Shown piece after piece: positions 38,420 to 47,801 of a stretch of DNA of 64,000 bases. The position numbers and the translations under genes are program-made. The stretch covers positions 260,913-324,912 of the IMG/VR virus record IMGVR_UViG_3300034358_000008; one strand, given 5' to 3'. Under the pieces are notes generated by a model. It was not told the DNA's origin. It worked only from the letters and a program-made list of their open reading frames with translations, and made no database searches. Every line of letters starts with the position of its first letter. Within the stretch, counting starts at the first letter, position 1.

Positions 38420-39199
38420 ATGTCGGTTCCTTTGGTATTGTTTTCTGGCGGTATGGATTCCACCTACCTCGTTTCTTATATGCTGTCCGAAGATGGCCCC
38501 GTTGATATTCTGTATGTTAATGGTGGACAATCTCGGGAGAAGATGCGCTTAGAGTTAGAGGCACGGGATCGTTTGATTGAATTCATGAACCGTGAATACC
38601 CTAACAAGATCCAACGCCAGTATGAGATTCTTCAACCAGTCTACATTCATGATGGCTGCAATAAGAAATGGATACAACCGAACGCGTGGATGCAAGGGGC
38701 ATTCCGGGTATTGGATGCTAGTCGACATAGCTGTGTCCGAATAGCGTACGTCAATAGTGATGGTGCTTATTTCGGTAGCCATCTCTCGGATATCAAAGCT
38801 CAATGGAAAAGCATGCTCAAGGTGGGTTTCAAAGGCGATCACATTCCACTAGAGTTCGCTATCCTACACATGGACAAACTGGAAGTGTTGGAAGCAATCG
38901 ATAAACGTTTGCTCCCGATGGTTTGGGTATGTGAAATGCCGAGCGATGGCAAAGCTTGCCAAAAATGCTCCCCTTGTAAACTAGCTAACGCTACACTACA
39001 TGCGTACAAACAGAGGCATGGTGAAACTGTATGGCGGGCTGTGGCGCGAGCTAAGCGTAAAGACCCTTACGGTACCCCATTGGAAGAACAGCGTGAAGAA
39101 CAACGAGTAGGTGACTTGGCCTATGTGAAGATAAGCTATCCAAGCTACGATCACTATCGTTGTCCCCCGGAGTTTAATAATGAAACGATCATGCTGTAA
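38420..39199 (+). CDS. queC: QueC-like (7-cyano-7-deazaguanine synthase-like) N-type ATP pyrophosphatase
   Basis: PP-loop FSGGMDST; Zn motif C-x8-CQKCSPC. Confidence 0.75.
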   Translation: MSVPLVLFSGGMDSTYLVSYMLSEDGPVDILYVNGGQSREKMRLELEARDRLIEFMNREYPNKIQRQYEILQPVYIHDGCNKKWIQPNAWMQGAFRVLDASRHSCVRIAYVNSDGAYFGSHLSDIKAQWKSMLKVGFKGDHIPLEFAILHMDKLEVLEAIDKRLLPMVWVCEMPSDGKACQKCSPCKLANATLHAYKQRHGETVWRAVARAKRKDPYGTPLEEQREEQRVGDLAYVKISYPSYDHYRCPPEFNNETIML

Positions 39200-39413
39200 A
39201 GGTGAGACATTTGTATCGGGTAAGCGTCGTGAAGCCGACAGTGATGGTTACATCCTTCTAAATGAAGAGGTCGGTATGAAGGAGCATCTCCGGGATGCCG
39301 AACCTATAAAAACCGCACTACGTAGTATTCAGTTCCCATTGGCTAGACTGATGCTGGTCGATGTACGCAATGCTCACGAACAACCGGGTCGGATAGGTGA
39401 GTATGGCCAATGA
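39180..39413 (+). CDS. Microprotein
   Basis: GGAG RBS; overlaps the queC end. Confidence 0.55.
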   Translation: MKRSCCKGETFVSGKRREADSDGYILLNEEVGMKEHLRDAEPIKTALRSIQFPLARLMLVDVRNAHEQPGRIGEYGQ

Positions 39414-39723
39414 CAAAAAACGCGAACGATATTACAAAGCCAAAGCTCATCCCGCCATGGGGCGAGGTATGGACGGGGAAGTTGATATCCTAGCGTACAT
39501 GAATGGGCCACTACATTTAATAGCGCTTGACTGGCAGATTGATCGTGACCGACGCGATCCAGAAGATGAACTCAGTATGGATTGTTGTTCTTACACTCGT
39601 GAATTCTATGAGTTGGATAAGAGCCTTGATGAACTCTGGTCACCAGATATGAATCGTGAGAATCGAGCGTTGTTAGTTTATCCTCACCACCTCAATTCTG
39701 ATCAGAGTAGAGAGAATGGCTAA
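39403..39723 (+). CDS. Arg/Asp-rich small protein
   Basis: AGGTG RBS. Confidence 0.6.
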   Translation: MANDKKRERYYKAKAHPAMGRGMDGEVDILAYMNGPLHLIALDWQIDRDRRDPEDELSMDCCSYTREFYELDKSLDELWSPDMNRENRALLVYPHHLNSDQSRENG

Positions 39724-40016
39724 TGGGTAGAAAGTTTGGAGGCAAATGCTTTTTCTACAGTGCTCGAGAAGTACCTGACGCACCTGTGACTAATGTTGAA
39801 CTTGGTGGACTAGATGGTTTTGGCTTAGAAACGAGTAGTACAGTTCTGCGTGATGACGAACCTAACCGTCTAATGCGTAATCGACGTGAAGGTGGTTGGC
39901 GCGACGAATTCAGAGTGGGTGAAACCAATGCTAACCGATCCACAGTTACTTTTAGGCAAGCGGGTAACAGTGAATGGTTACACAGTCGGCGCCTGAACGA
40001 TGACCAGCGTACCTGA
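39723..40016 (+). CDS. Arg-rich small protein
   Basis: TAATG coupling. Confidence 0.6.
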   Translation: MGRKFGGKCFFYSAREVPDAPVTNVELGGLDGFGLETSSTVLRDDEPNRLMRNRREGGWRDEFRVGETNANRSTVTFRQAGNSEWLHSRRLNDDQRT

Positions 40017-40052
40017 TTCTATGTGACCCATTAATTATAACAGAGGTGCTAC

Positions 40053-40421
40053 ATGGCAATCCCAACACCCGACAGCTTGATTGCTGTTGTTAAACCTGTA
40101 CTCGATACAACAGCTGGTTTCATTTCAAAGCTCAGTGCTTTGATGGCGGATGCTGGTACTGTAAACGACGCTTATCGCGGCGCAGGTCAGTTCAGCTTCT
40201 ATGTACCGGGTTACATCAACCCGACGGTGGAAATTGAAGTAAGTAAAGCATTGGTTACAGCAGGTTATGTGGTACATGCCTTCAAGCAACAAGTTGGTTA
40301 TATGCCAGCAGCCCACATGGTCGATATTGAAGCAGCCGATTACACCAACGAAGGTGTAACTGGTAATAGTCAATTCCTCTGGGTACAAGTTACCATTTCG
40401 AAAAAGAAAGTGGTGGAATAA
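40053..40421 (+). CDS. Hypothetical protein (possibly late/virion)
   Basis: GAGGT RBS; TATG upstream; own terminator. Confidence 0.75.
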   Translation: MAIPTPDSLIAVVKPVLDTTAGFISKLSALMADAGTVNDAYRGAGQFSFYVPGYINPTVEIEVSKALVTAGYVVHAFKQQVGYMPAAHMVDIEAADYTNEGVTGNSQFLWVQVTISKKKVVE

Positions 40422-40427
40422 AGTAAC

Positions 40428-40476
40428 GACATATCGCCAGTCCTCCGGGACTGGCTTTATTACCTTTTTTCTTTTT
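40428..40476 (+). terminator. Intrinsic terminator
   Basis: GCCAGTCC-TCCG-GGACTGGC, nearly identical to the 25187 element. Confidence 0.85.
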
Positions 40477-40507
40477 GCCAATTCAATAAATTTGAGATTT
40501 ATATCAT
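40477..40507 (+). promoter_or_regulatory. Putative early promoter
   Basis: GCCAATTCAATAAATTTGAGATTTATATCA, 29/30 identical to 58067-58096. Confidence 0.75.
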
Positions 40508-40544
40508 GCATTTGATCCTAAACCAACATGATGGTTAATACAAA

Positions 40545-41009
40545 ATGACTAACACTGTACCTGAACAACTTTACGGCACTGACGATTACATCAAGTATGA
40601 TTTCCACCGTACGGATGTAACTCCAGACATGTGTGAATCAGCTGTAGCATTCGCTGAGAACAATCCCGACACTGACGAACATAGCTACAACCAGTTCCGT
40701 GACCTACGTACATTGGTTGAAGAGAACTTCAATAACCCGTACGACCTCGAACGTATCACTGATGAAATCGGTGAAGGTTATGAGATCGCTATCGGTTACC
40801 GCACGTCTCCAACTGACGAAGCTTGGGGTCTTCTGGATCGTTACTTCAAACTGAATGGTTGGTTGAAGTTCACATATTCCTCATTTGGTTGCTATAAATG
40901 GCATACCCGTCACAAAGATGTAATCACCGATTCTTCGTCGGGCATTAACTACCGTATTAAAGTCTACCACAAACTACTGGAGCAAACAGATGCCTTGGCC
41001 AGCGCGTGA
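40545..41009 (+). CDS. Hypothetical protein
   Basis: First ORF after the promoter. Confidence 0.75.
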   Translation: MTNTVPEQLYGTDDYIKYDFHRTDVTPDMCESAVAFAENNPDTDEHSYNQFRDLRTLVEENFNNPYDLERITDEIGEGYEIAIGYRTSPTDEAWGLLDRYFKLNGWLKFTYSSFGCYKWHTRHKDVITDSSSGINYRIKVYHKLLEQTDALASA

Positions 41010-41496
41010 TTCAGGTTTCCAAGTAAAAGAAACACCGGGTGTATATAGCTGGAACAAACCAAATCTGGCTAAAAGGATGTGGTATCGTCTTACGGGTCAA
41101 GCAGATATGAAACGGCTTGAATTGATGGCGCGCCAAACTCTTGAACGCTATATGTTTCAATGCTGGATTCAAGATGATGCAGATGGTTTCACTGGGTGGC
41201 GTTGGGACAAGTACAAGGTAGACTTCGTAATCGTTAGTGCAGCTAACCGTTATAAAGATATCGTCGTAATGGGACCACGGCATTACAGTAACTTGATGAT
41301 GGCACACATCGAAGCTTATGGTGGCGTTGACCTACTCAGGAAATATGCTGGGGATGATCTCGAACAAGGTTTCGTAGATCAGTACGGTACTTTCTATGAC
41401 CGAGTGACGGCTAAGAAGATTGCAATCAAACGTGGTCAATTACGTTACCCTCAAAACTGCCCCGGTTCAGATCTGTTCTCCGAAGGAATCTGCTAA
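40990..41496 (+). CDS. Conserved phage protein (AAN...G.RH...EQGFVDQ.G.F.DR..A...GQ...LFSE)
   Basis: Recognisable widespread phage motif set; function unknown. Confidence 0.75.
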   Translation: MPWPARDSGFQVKETPGVYSWNKPNLAKRMWYRLTGQADMKRLELMARQTLERYMFQCWIQDDADGFTGWRWDKYKVDFVIVSAANRYKDIVVMGPRHYSNLMMAHIEAYGGVDLLRKYAGDDLEQGFVDQYGTFYDRVTAKKIAIKRGQLRYPQNCPGSDLFSEGIC

Positions 41497-41924
41497 TGAA
41501 GAAGTCTAAAGCTCGAATCGTAACCTCAATGGAATTCGTGGGCACTACCTTGAAGTTCGAGGATGTCCTCTACAAAGCTATTCCCCAAGTAGGCGATGCA
41601 TTACCTTTCCTACGGATAGATAAAGTTGGTGATAAGGTGCGTATCCTGAAAACCGAAGGGTTCTTAGGTGACTTTGGGGACAACCATCGTTTCGACTTTA
41701 AGATCCATCGGGAAGTTAGTGGTGAAGATCCACACGAACTACACACGGGTTCCGGTGATACCCACAAGGTGACTGTATACACGGGTATCAAAGACGCTGA
41801 GTTCTTATATGCCATCGAAGGTATGGAAGATGGTGATATTCGCATTACCCATTCAGTTGATTTCCTAAAAGAGTGGAGGCATCTGGATGTTGCAGGTTAC
41901 CTGTTCACGAGAGTGGTTAGCTAA
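41496..41924 (+). CDS. Hypothetical protein
   Basis: TAATG coupling. Confidence 0.7.
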   Translation: MKKSKARIVTSMEFVGTTLKFEDVLYKAIPQVGDALPFLRIDKVGDKVRILKTEGFLGDFGDNHRFDFKIHREVSGEDPHELHTGSGDTHKVTVYTGIKDAEFLYAIEGMEDGDIRITHSVDFLKEWRHLDVAGYLFTRVVS

Positions 41925-42085
41925 TGACCCCACTGCAATGGGAACTCAATTGGATTGACCAAAACGCGCACCGTTATGATTCCATCGATCATACCACGTT
42001 GGTTAAGTTCAACATTACTAAGCGTTATCAACGTAACGCTTTACTCAAGCAACTTCAATCACTACGCCCAAGGATACTTAAATGA
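41924..42085 (+). CDS. Small hypothetical protein (below the ORF-track cut-off)
   Basis: MTPLQWELNW...; coupled at both ends. Confidence 0.5.
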   Translation: MTPLQWELNWIDQNAHRYDSIDHTTLVKFNITKRYQRNALLKQLQSLRPRILK

Positions 42086-42555
42086 ATCACCTAGATATCA
42101 TCCGTTCCTTTAGCCGCTCCATGAAACTGGAACTAAGTTATGGTGGGAATAACAACAGTAAGATCAACATGATGGAACGTTGCATTGGTGGTGATCTTCT
42201 GGAAGTCCACCTGTCGCCGGAAGAAGACGAGTTCGCTGATGCACAGGACTTCGGTTGGAAGCTTTTGGTGGATGTCATGGTTAAACGTGCTCCTTACGAC
42301 TTCGAAGATCGCTTGTGGCGTTGGGAACCAAAAGAGATAGCCCATGGTAAGATCGCTTTCCATCACTGGGATCATGCGGAGCTGCTTAAGCGTGGCGCAG
42401 AATGGTTGCTTGAACACGAAGACCACAAAACTGGATTAGTTCCAGCTTGGGATGCTAACCGTAAAGATGTTGGTCCCGTAGTACGCACTGTTAAATGTGG
42501 TGCAATAGGTAGGCTAAAACACTACACCACTGTAAAAGGGTTTGAAGATGCTTGA
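42082..42555 (+). CDS. Hypothetical protein
   Basis: AAGGA RBS. Confidence 0.7.
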   Translation: MNHLDIIRSFSRSMKLELSYGGNNNSKINMMERCIGGDLLEVHLSPEEDEFADAQDFGWKLLVDVMVKRAPYDFEDRLWRWEPKEIAHGKIAFHHWDHAELLKRGAEWLLEHEDHKTGLVPAWDANRKDVGPVVRTVKCGAIGRLKHYTTVKGFEDA

Positions 42556-42604
42556 GTATTTACCTCCGTACCAGATGATGTACTACCTGTGATCGGAGGT
42601 AACC

Positions 42605-43255
42605 ATGGAACAAGAATACGTTGCAATTGTAGGCTCACGTGAAGCGAGTCTTGATGATCTCGAACTACTGATTCGTATAGGTCGTACTTATACGGATCTA
42701 GGGATCGCTGTTAGTTCAGGGGATGCTTTCGGAGCGGATCGTGCTGGTTGGTATGGCGCTAAACAATCCCGGAAGTATTCAGAAGTAGGTGCTCGAATCT
42801 ATTTGGTGGAATCCAAAGCTTCTCGTAAGCGTGTAACACAGCAACCATTTTTCATGGTCGCTCAAGACTTCGCAGAGAACTGGGACTTAGCTCGAGCAAT
42901 CGCTCAGACCGCAAGAGGTTCATTCAGGGGACTGGATGATTACGGTGAAGCTCTGCATACCCGTAACGTGTTCCAGATTCTTGGACATGATCTTAAGTCT
43001 CATGTAAGAGCTATAATCTATTCGGCACCTACTAAGGGTGATGTTAAACGCGAGGTGATAACCGGTGGAACCGCAACCGCCTTGCATATCGCCATTGAAG
43101 CAGGTGTACCCATTCGAAAGAATCTGTTTACAGAAGAGGGTACCAAGTGGGCAATTGAGTTCCTTAAGCGTTATGAACAAGATTACCCATATGAAGAAAT
43201 TGATTGGCGTCAAATCCTGAGGCCAACTGATCCACGATTAGAACATCTTTGCTGA
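42605..43255 (+). CDS. SLOG-superfamily (DprA/Smf-like Rossmann) protein
   Basis: AIVGSR, SSGDAFGAD, RNVFQILG, GGTATA motifs. Confidence 0.8.
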   Translation: MEQEYVAIVGSREASLDDLELLIRIGRTYTDLGIAVSSGDAFGADRAGWYGAKQSRKYSEVGARIYLVESKASRKRVTQQPFFMVAQDFAENWDLARAIAQTARGSFRGLDDYGEALHTRNVFQILGHDLKSHVRAIIYSAPTKGDVKREVITGGTATALHIAIEAGVPIRKNLFTEEGTKWAIEFLKRYEQDYPYEEIDWRQILRPTDPRLEHLC

Positions 43256-43262
43256 GGCATGT

Positions 43263-43628
43263 ATGACAACTCCTAACCTAGTTCAGACTGAAGTCGCTGA
43301 TCTGATCAAGCGAACATTTGAACTACAGATCCCATTGCTGTGGAAACAATGCTTCATTGCACCAATGGCTTTCCATGGTGATTACACTAACATCAAGTTA
43401 CCTTCACGTAGTATGCCTGGGCTTGAGCTGCACATGTGGAAGAACCGTTTAGAATGTCACTACTTAGGGCAGATCTATTCGGTAGACTGGTCAGTAGGTC
43501 GTCCATGGCATGTTAAGGGGGATTTCGTTCTGAGTCCTAATTGGCGCAGTGCCAAAGGTATCTTCGTCCACACACTCAGTACGCTTACACACCATGCACT
43601 GAAGATGGCTGAACACATCATCCTCTAA
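43263..43628 (+). CDS. Hypothetical protein
   Basis: GAGG RBS. Confidence 0.7.
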   Translation: MTTPNLVQTEVADLIKRTFELQIPLLWKQCFIAPMAFHGDYTNIKLPSRSMPGLELHMWKNRLECHYLGQIYSVDWSVGRPWHVKGDFVLSPNWRSAKGIFVHTLSTLTHHALKMAEHIIL

Positions 43629-43637
43629 GGACTAGTC

Positions 43638-43997
43638 ATGAGTTTTGAAACAACCCATAGAGGTAACCTCTGGACGCATAGTGCATCTATTAAAGGTGGA
43701 CGTAGAGAGCAAGTCAAGAAAGGTGTGTTTGTAATTGACCATCGTAACTCCGGTAGATTCATTATCGGGACTTCTCAAGACGTGTCCAAGGAAGTTGATA
43801 AGCAGATGGCCTTACTCGCTAAGGGTAAGTTCCCAATCAAGCATCTGCAACGGCAATACGATTTCGAACAGCAACGCGAAGATCGTCAACCAGCATTCGT
43901 TATCATCGAGTATCCATTGAAGTCGGATAAAGACATCAAAAAGACTCTTAAGGAGATTCGTGAAACTAACACGGCTCCTTACTGCTTACTTAACTGA
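43638..43997 (+). CDS. GIY-YIG-like single-domain protein
   Basis: GVFVIDHRNSGRFIIGTS and terminal LLN. Confidence 0.55.
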   Translation: MSFETTHRGNLWTHSASIKGGRREQVKKGVFVIDHRNSGRFIIGTSQDVSKEVDKQMALLAKGKFPIKHLQRQYDFEQQREDRQPAFVIIEYPLKSDKDIKKTLKEIRETNTAPYCLLN

Positions 43998-44005
43998 GGC
44001 AACCC

Positions 44006-44641
44006 ATGAAAATGCAACGTAACCATAATGAACAACAGATCGTAATGTCAGTCGAACATTACAATCAACTAATCGGTATGTCTTGTAGTGGTATGGAATA
44101 TGACCCACAACGCATCCAACGACATGTCCGCAAGTTCAACCCTTTCCTCCAAGCCCCACATCAAGAACGCGTGAAGACGTTCGAAAGCAAACGTTCTAAA
44201 CGTATTCGTGAAGTGCGTGATTTGGTAGAGAAGCATCACGGTGAAGTTCTGTACGGCATTACAGACGTACGTCAATATGCCAATGAAGAACAAGGACCGG
44301 TTTACACTCCTGTGCGTGTACGACGCATCAATAAAGAAAAACGTTGGTTGGTAGATACGTACAAACCAGAAGAAACGAAATTCGGTTATTACACTAAGAC
44401 TTCGGTTACAGCTGATACCTTATTCGTAGATGTACCTGAAGGCTACATCCAACTTTTAGGTCCAGGCGTATACCGTAACTTGTTCGTTAAAGAATGGTCT
44501 GGTATACATTTCTACCACCTGCAAGAACAGGCTGAACGAGAAAACTGGGAACGGGAAGAGTACTTGGAAAAACAACGTATGAAAGCTTACCGTGAAAGTA
44601 ACCCACGAGTTGAACTTGTCAGTGCCATCGGCGAACGATAA
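44006..44641 (+). CDS. Hypothetical protein
   Basis: GAGG RBS. Confidence 0.7.
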   Translation: MKMQRNHNEQQIVMSVEHYNQLIGMSCSGMEYDPQRIQRHVRKFNPFLQAPHQERVKTFESKRSKRIREVRDLVEKHHGEVLYGITDVRQYANEEQGPVYTPVRVRRINKEKRWLVDTYKPEETKFGYYTKTSVTADTLFVDVPEGYIQLLGPGVYRNLFVKEWSGIHFYHLQEQAERENWEREEYLEKQRMKAYRESNPRVELVSAIGER

Positions 44642-44811
44642 TGGCTAAACATAACCGTCATTGGTTTAAGACAAAGTTAAAACACCGCCTTAAACTAAAC
44701 GATAAGTACAATCCCAATCGCTGGGTACGGGTATCGTTCAGAGAAACCATTAGTAGTCCTTTCGGGGACTTTCTTAAACGTTGGGCAGAATACGTAATGA
44801 AGGATGACTAA
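44641..44811 (+). CDS. Small basic hypothetical protein (below cut-off)
   Basis: MAKHNRHWFK...; TAATG coupling at both ends. Confidence 0.5.
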   Translation: MAKHNRHWFKTKLKHRLKLNDKYNPNRWVRVSFRETISSPFGDFLKRWAEYVMKDD

Positions 44812-45494
44812 TGCGCAATCAACCACCAAGAGAATTCACTGTTGTAGATATGGCTCGGGCCTTCTGTATTGCTGCTCACGCAGGCGTTGGACAGAAACGT
44901 AAGTACACGGGTGAGGATTACCACCACCATCCTGAGGAAGCCTTACAGATCCTCCTGACTTACTGTGATCCATGCCATGCACAACAAGCAGCAATCCTGC
45001 TACACGACGTCGTTGAAGATACCTCGGTAACACGACAACATATCGCCCAAGTATTCGGTCAAACTGTGTCTACTCTGGTTTGGGGTATAACTGACGTATC
45101 CCGTAAAGAAGATGGTAACCGGGTCGTCCGTAAACGTCTAGACCGTGAACACATCCTGCGTGGGTGCGATAAGGTTCTGGAGATGAAACTTGCCGATTTG
45201 ATCTCCAACACCCGTTCGATTGCTAAACATGATAAGAAGTTTGCACGGGTGTATCTAGCAGAGAAGATTCTGATCCTATCTGACATGGTAGATCGGATGG
45301 GAGGCACACTGATTTACGAAGAAGCCTGTGAAGTTGCAGCTGCGGCAGGTAAAGAAGTATTTGAAACCCCACTGGAACACTTCACTATTTGGGACGAACT
45401 TTTCAAAGGACGTGCTGACTATAATGATTTCATGAAAGAAGTTTACCCGGAGATTACCAATGAAGTCCAGAGTGATGACAGCGTCCCAACTTAG
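44811..45494 (+). CDS. HD-domain small alarmone hydrolase ((p)ppGpp/(p)ppApp; SpoT/Mesh1-like)
   Basis: AH...QKRKYTGE.Y..HP, LLHDVVEDT, KLADLISN motifs. Confidence 0.85.
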   Translation: MRNQPPREFTVVDMARAFCIAAHAGVGQKRKYTGEDYHHHPEEALQILLTYCDPCHAQQAAILLHDVVEDTSVTRQHIAQVFGQTVSTLVWGITDVSRKEDGNRVVRKRLDREHILRGCDKVLEMKLADLISNTRSIAKHDKKFARVYLAEKILILSDMVDRMGGTLIYEEACEVAAAAGKEVFETPLEHFTIWDELFKGRADYNDFMKEVYPEITNEVQSDDSVPT

Positions 45495-45870
45495 TGCTAT
45501 CAACCCGAAGTTTGATAACGGGATTGTGTACCACTACGGGGTAGAAGAAAAAGTCCAAGAGGTCATCAAGATCGTGGACAAATACAATCGCGTACTTGAT
45601 TATGGGATGCCTATCTCCGGTACGGCTTTCATTCGACTCAACACGACTGTTAAGCGTGATAAGAATTCTGCACCATGGTCTATGTCTGGTGGTGCAATGG
45701 TGCGTGAAACGATTGGTGCTGAAGTAGAGCATTCGATCGCAAACGTACTTGAACTTAATCCGGGTTACGTAGTAGCTAAACAGCTGCTGACTTTAAACAT
45801 CGTCAACGAGTGGGATCGATATGTGGTAGTATTCGAACTCTACCTTGATCTCGAACAGAAGGATGTATAA
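45460..45870 (+). CDS. Hypothetical protein
   Basis: GGAG RBS. Confidence 0.65.
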   Translation: MKSRVMTASQLSAINPKFDNGIVYHYGVEEKVQEVIKIVDKYNRVLDYGMPISGTAFIRLNTTVKRDKNSAPWSMSGGAMVRETIGAEVEHSIANVLELNPGYVVAKQLLTLNIVNEWDRYVVVFELYLDLEQKDV

Positions 45871-46308
45871 ATGTCTCTAACATTACCCAATGAATGGAAA
45901 GAAGCTATCGAAGCTGAATGGCCTAATCATAGAGAAGTTCTCGGTGTATGGTTACCGAAGTCAAAGGTATTAATTTATAACGCCCGCGACGATTCACAGC
46001 TTAATGTTCTTTTGTCGCGTATCCCAAAAGAATGGAGTGAGGCAGCAGTACTACCGTTCAGTGATTGGTTCAAACTAACTGATCATAAGAAAGAACAATA
46101 CATCGACAAACATTTGATCCTAACCCGGTACATACCCCGTGAAGGAATATGTCATGTTCCCGGTTACTTGTTTTTCTTACCTTACAGCGTTATAGCTGAA
46201 GAACAAGGTAGGTTCACTGACATACGTGATCAGTCAGGTTGGAAGTGGGGTAGTCATGAACGTCGAATCTTATCCAGAGAAGTTTTGAACGGAGAAGTTG
46301 TATTGTGA
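45871..46308 (+). CDS. Hypothetical protein
   Basis: AAGGA RBS. Confidence 0.7.
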   Translation: MSLTLPNEWKEAIEAEWPNHREVLGVWLPKSKVLIYNARDDSQLNVLLSRIPKEWSEAAVLPFSDWFKLTDHKKEQYIDKHLILTRYIPREGICHVPGYLFFLPYSVIAEEQGRFTDIRDQSGWKWGSHERRILSREVLNGEVVL

Positions 46309-46450
46309 AGGTCGGTAACTCCAAATTGTTTCGTAAGTTACATCTGAACCGTAAATCAACTCGCATTCACGATCTGTTTGCGAACAAACCTAAGTGCGAA
46401 ATACCTCCGGTCGAGAACTGGTGGAAGGCACGTAACGTAAAGGACACCGT

Positions 46451-46732
46451 ATGAGTCAACACACTTTAGAGTCAATGGTTCAAACGATCTATAACCTTAA
46501 CTGGAAAGGACGTAACGCAAAGGATACAGTCGACTGGGTTAAACACCAGATCGATCACCGATCCGTTGTCGTGTTCCCAACGGCTATCGATTACAGTCCG
46601 TTTGAAAGTGAACAGGTATATCAAGTCAAATGGGAAATCCATAATGACCGTGTAGCTAATCTCTGGATCGCACATGACGTTCATCGTCCAATCGTAGAAG
46701 CTGTCCTCAAGGCTTATCTGGGGTACAACTAA
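46451..46732 (+). CDS. Hypothetical protein
   Basis: AAGGA RBS. Confidence 0.7.
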   Translation: MSQHTLESMVQTIYNLNWKGRNAKDTVDWVKHQIDHRSVVVFPTAIDYSPFESEQVYQVKWEIHNDRVANLWIAHDVHRPIVEAVLKAYLGYN

Positions 46733-47172
46733 TGATTGATAAATCTAAGCCGTGGTTTCCAAGTGACTTCCCGCTGGATGAAGTGCTTGCAGCAATTGAA
46801 GATCTTCCTTTCGCTAACGATGCTGAGAACCTCGCTCGTCGGCAGCAGATCGCTGACCAATACGAAACCCGTTTGATTGGACCAGCTAAGATTTTCTTTG
46901 ATCTTCGTCAAGACCTAATTAAAGAGATGGATGCTGAATTCCGTATTCATCCTGAGAAGGTGACGATGCATGTGGGTACAGCACTCATTAAGTTGATGGG
47001 TAGCTCTATTCCACAGACCCTGTTCACTGTGAACGAGTATGCGGTCCCGGTGGTCTGCCGAGATGTACCGACTACACTACTGGAAGAAGTCCGTCCAGTT
47101 AAAACGAACGCTGTGCAAGTGTACTGGGATATGGTAGCTGAAGACAGTGCTGTGCAAGAACCTACTGCCTAG
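46732..47172 (+). CDS. Hypothetical protein
   Basis: TAATG coupling. Confidence 0.7.
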   Translation: MIDKSKPWFPSDFPLDEVLAAIEDLPFANDAENLARRQQIADQYETRLIGPAKIFFDLRQDLIKEMDAEFRIHPEKVTMHVGTALIKLMGSSIPQTLFTVNEYAVPVVCRDVPTTLLEEVRPVKTNAVQVYWDMVAEDSAVQEPTA

Positions 47173-47213
47173 CATTATACTGTACGAAGATCAATATCTC
47201 TAAGGTAAATTCA

Positions 47214-47801
47214 ATGTCTATTCTCGCTGACTGGCAAATCCGGGACTTGTGCACTGGCGACAAGCCAATGATCAGTCCGTTCTACGCTGACAAAATGCGT
47301 TACATCGAAGAGGACATTCGTGTTCCCTCGTATGGTCTGTCCAGCTATGGTTATGATATCCGTCTCTCGGATGTTGGACTGAAGCTGTTCACTGACGTAC
47401 ACTGTATCGAAGTTGATCCACGCAACATCGATCCAAAGATCTACATCGAACCCGTAATCAAATACGCTGACGATGGCGCACCTTACGTATCGTTGCCACC
47501 TAACGGTTTCCTGTTGGGTCATACACCTGAATGGTTCGACATGCCTAACAACGTGTTGGGTAACTGCTTGGGTAAGTCTACCTATGCACGTGGAGCAGTG
47601 TCGGTAATCGTTACTCCACTGGAACCAGACTGGAAAGGTAATCTCGTAGTGGAAGTAGTGAACAACTGCAACCTGCCTGTACGGGTTTATCTGAACTGTG
47701 GTATCGCTCAGGTATTGTTCTTGCAGGGCGAACCATGTGAGTCTGGTTATGGTGATGGTAAATACCAGGGTCAGAAAGGTACACAGGACGCTTTGGCGTA
47801 A
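47214..47801 (+). CDS. dcd: dCTP deaminase
   Basis: SYGLSSYGYDIR, GKSTYARG, TPLEP.W.G, GIAQVLF, KYQGQ. Confidence 0.95.
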   Translation: MSILADWQIRDLCTGDKPMISPFYADKMRYIEEDIRVPSYGLSSYGYDIRLSDVGLKLFTDVHCIEVDPRNIDPKIYIEPVIKYADDGAPYVSLPPNGFLLGHTPEWFDMPNNVLGNCLGKSTYARGAVSVIVTPLEPDWKGNLVVEVVNNCNLPVRVYLNCGIAQVLFLQGEPCESGYGDGKYQGQKGTQDALA

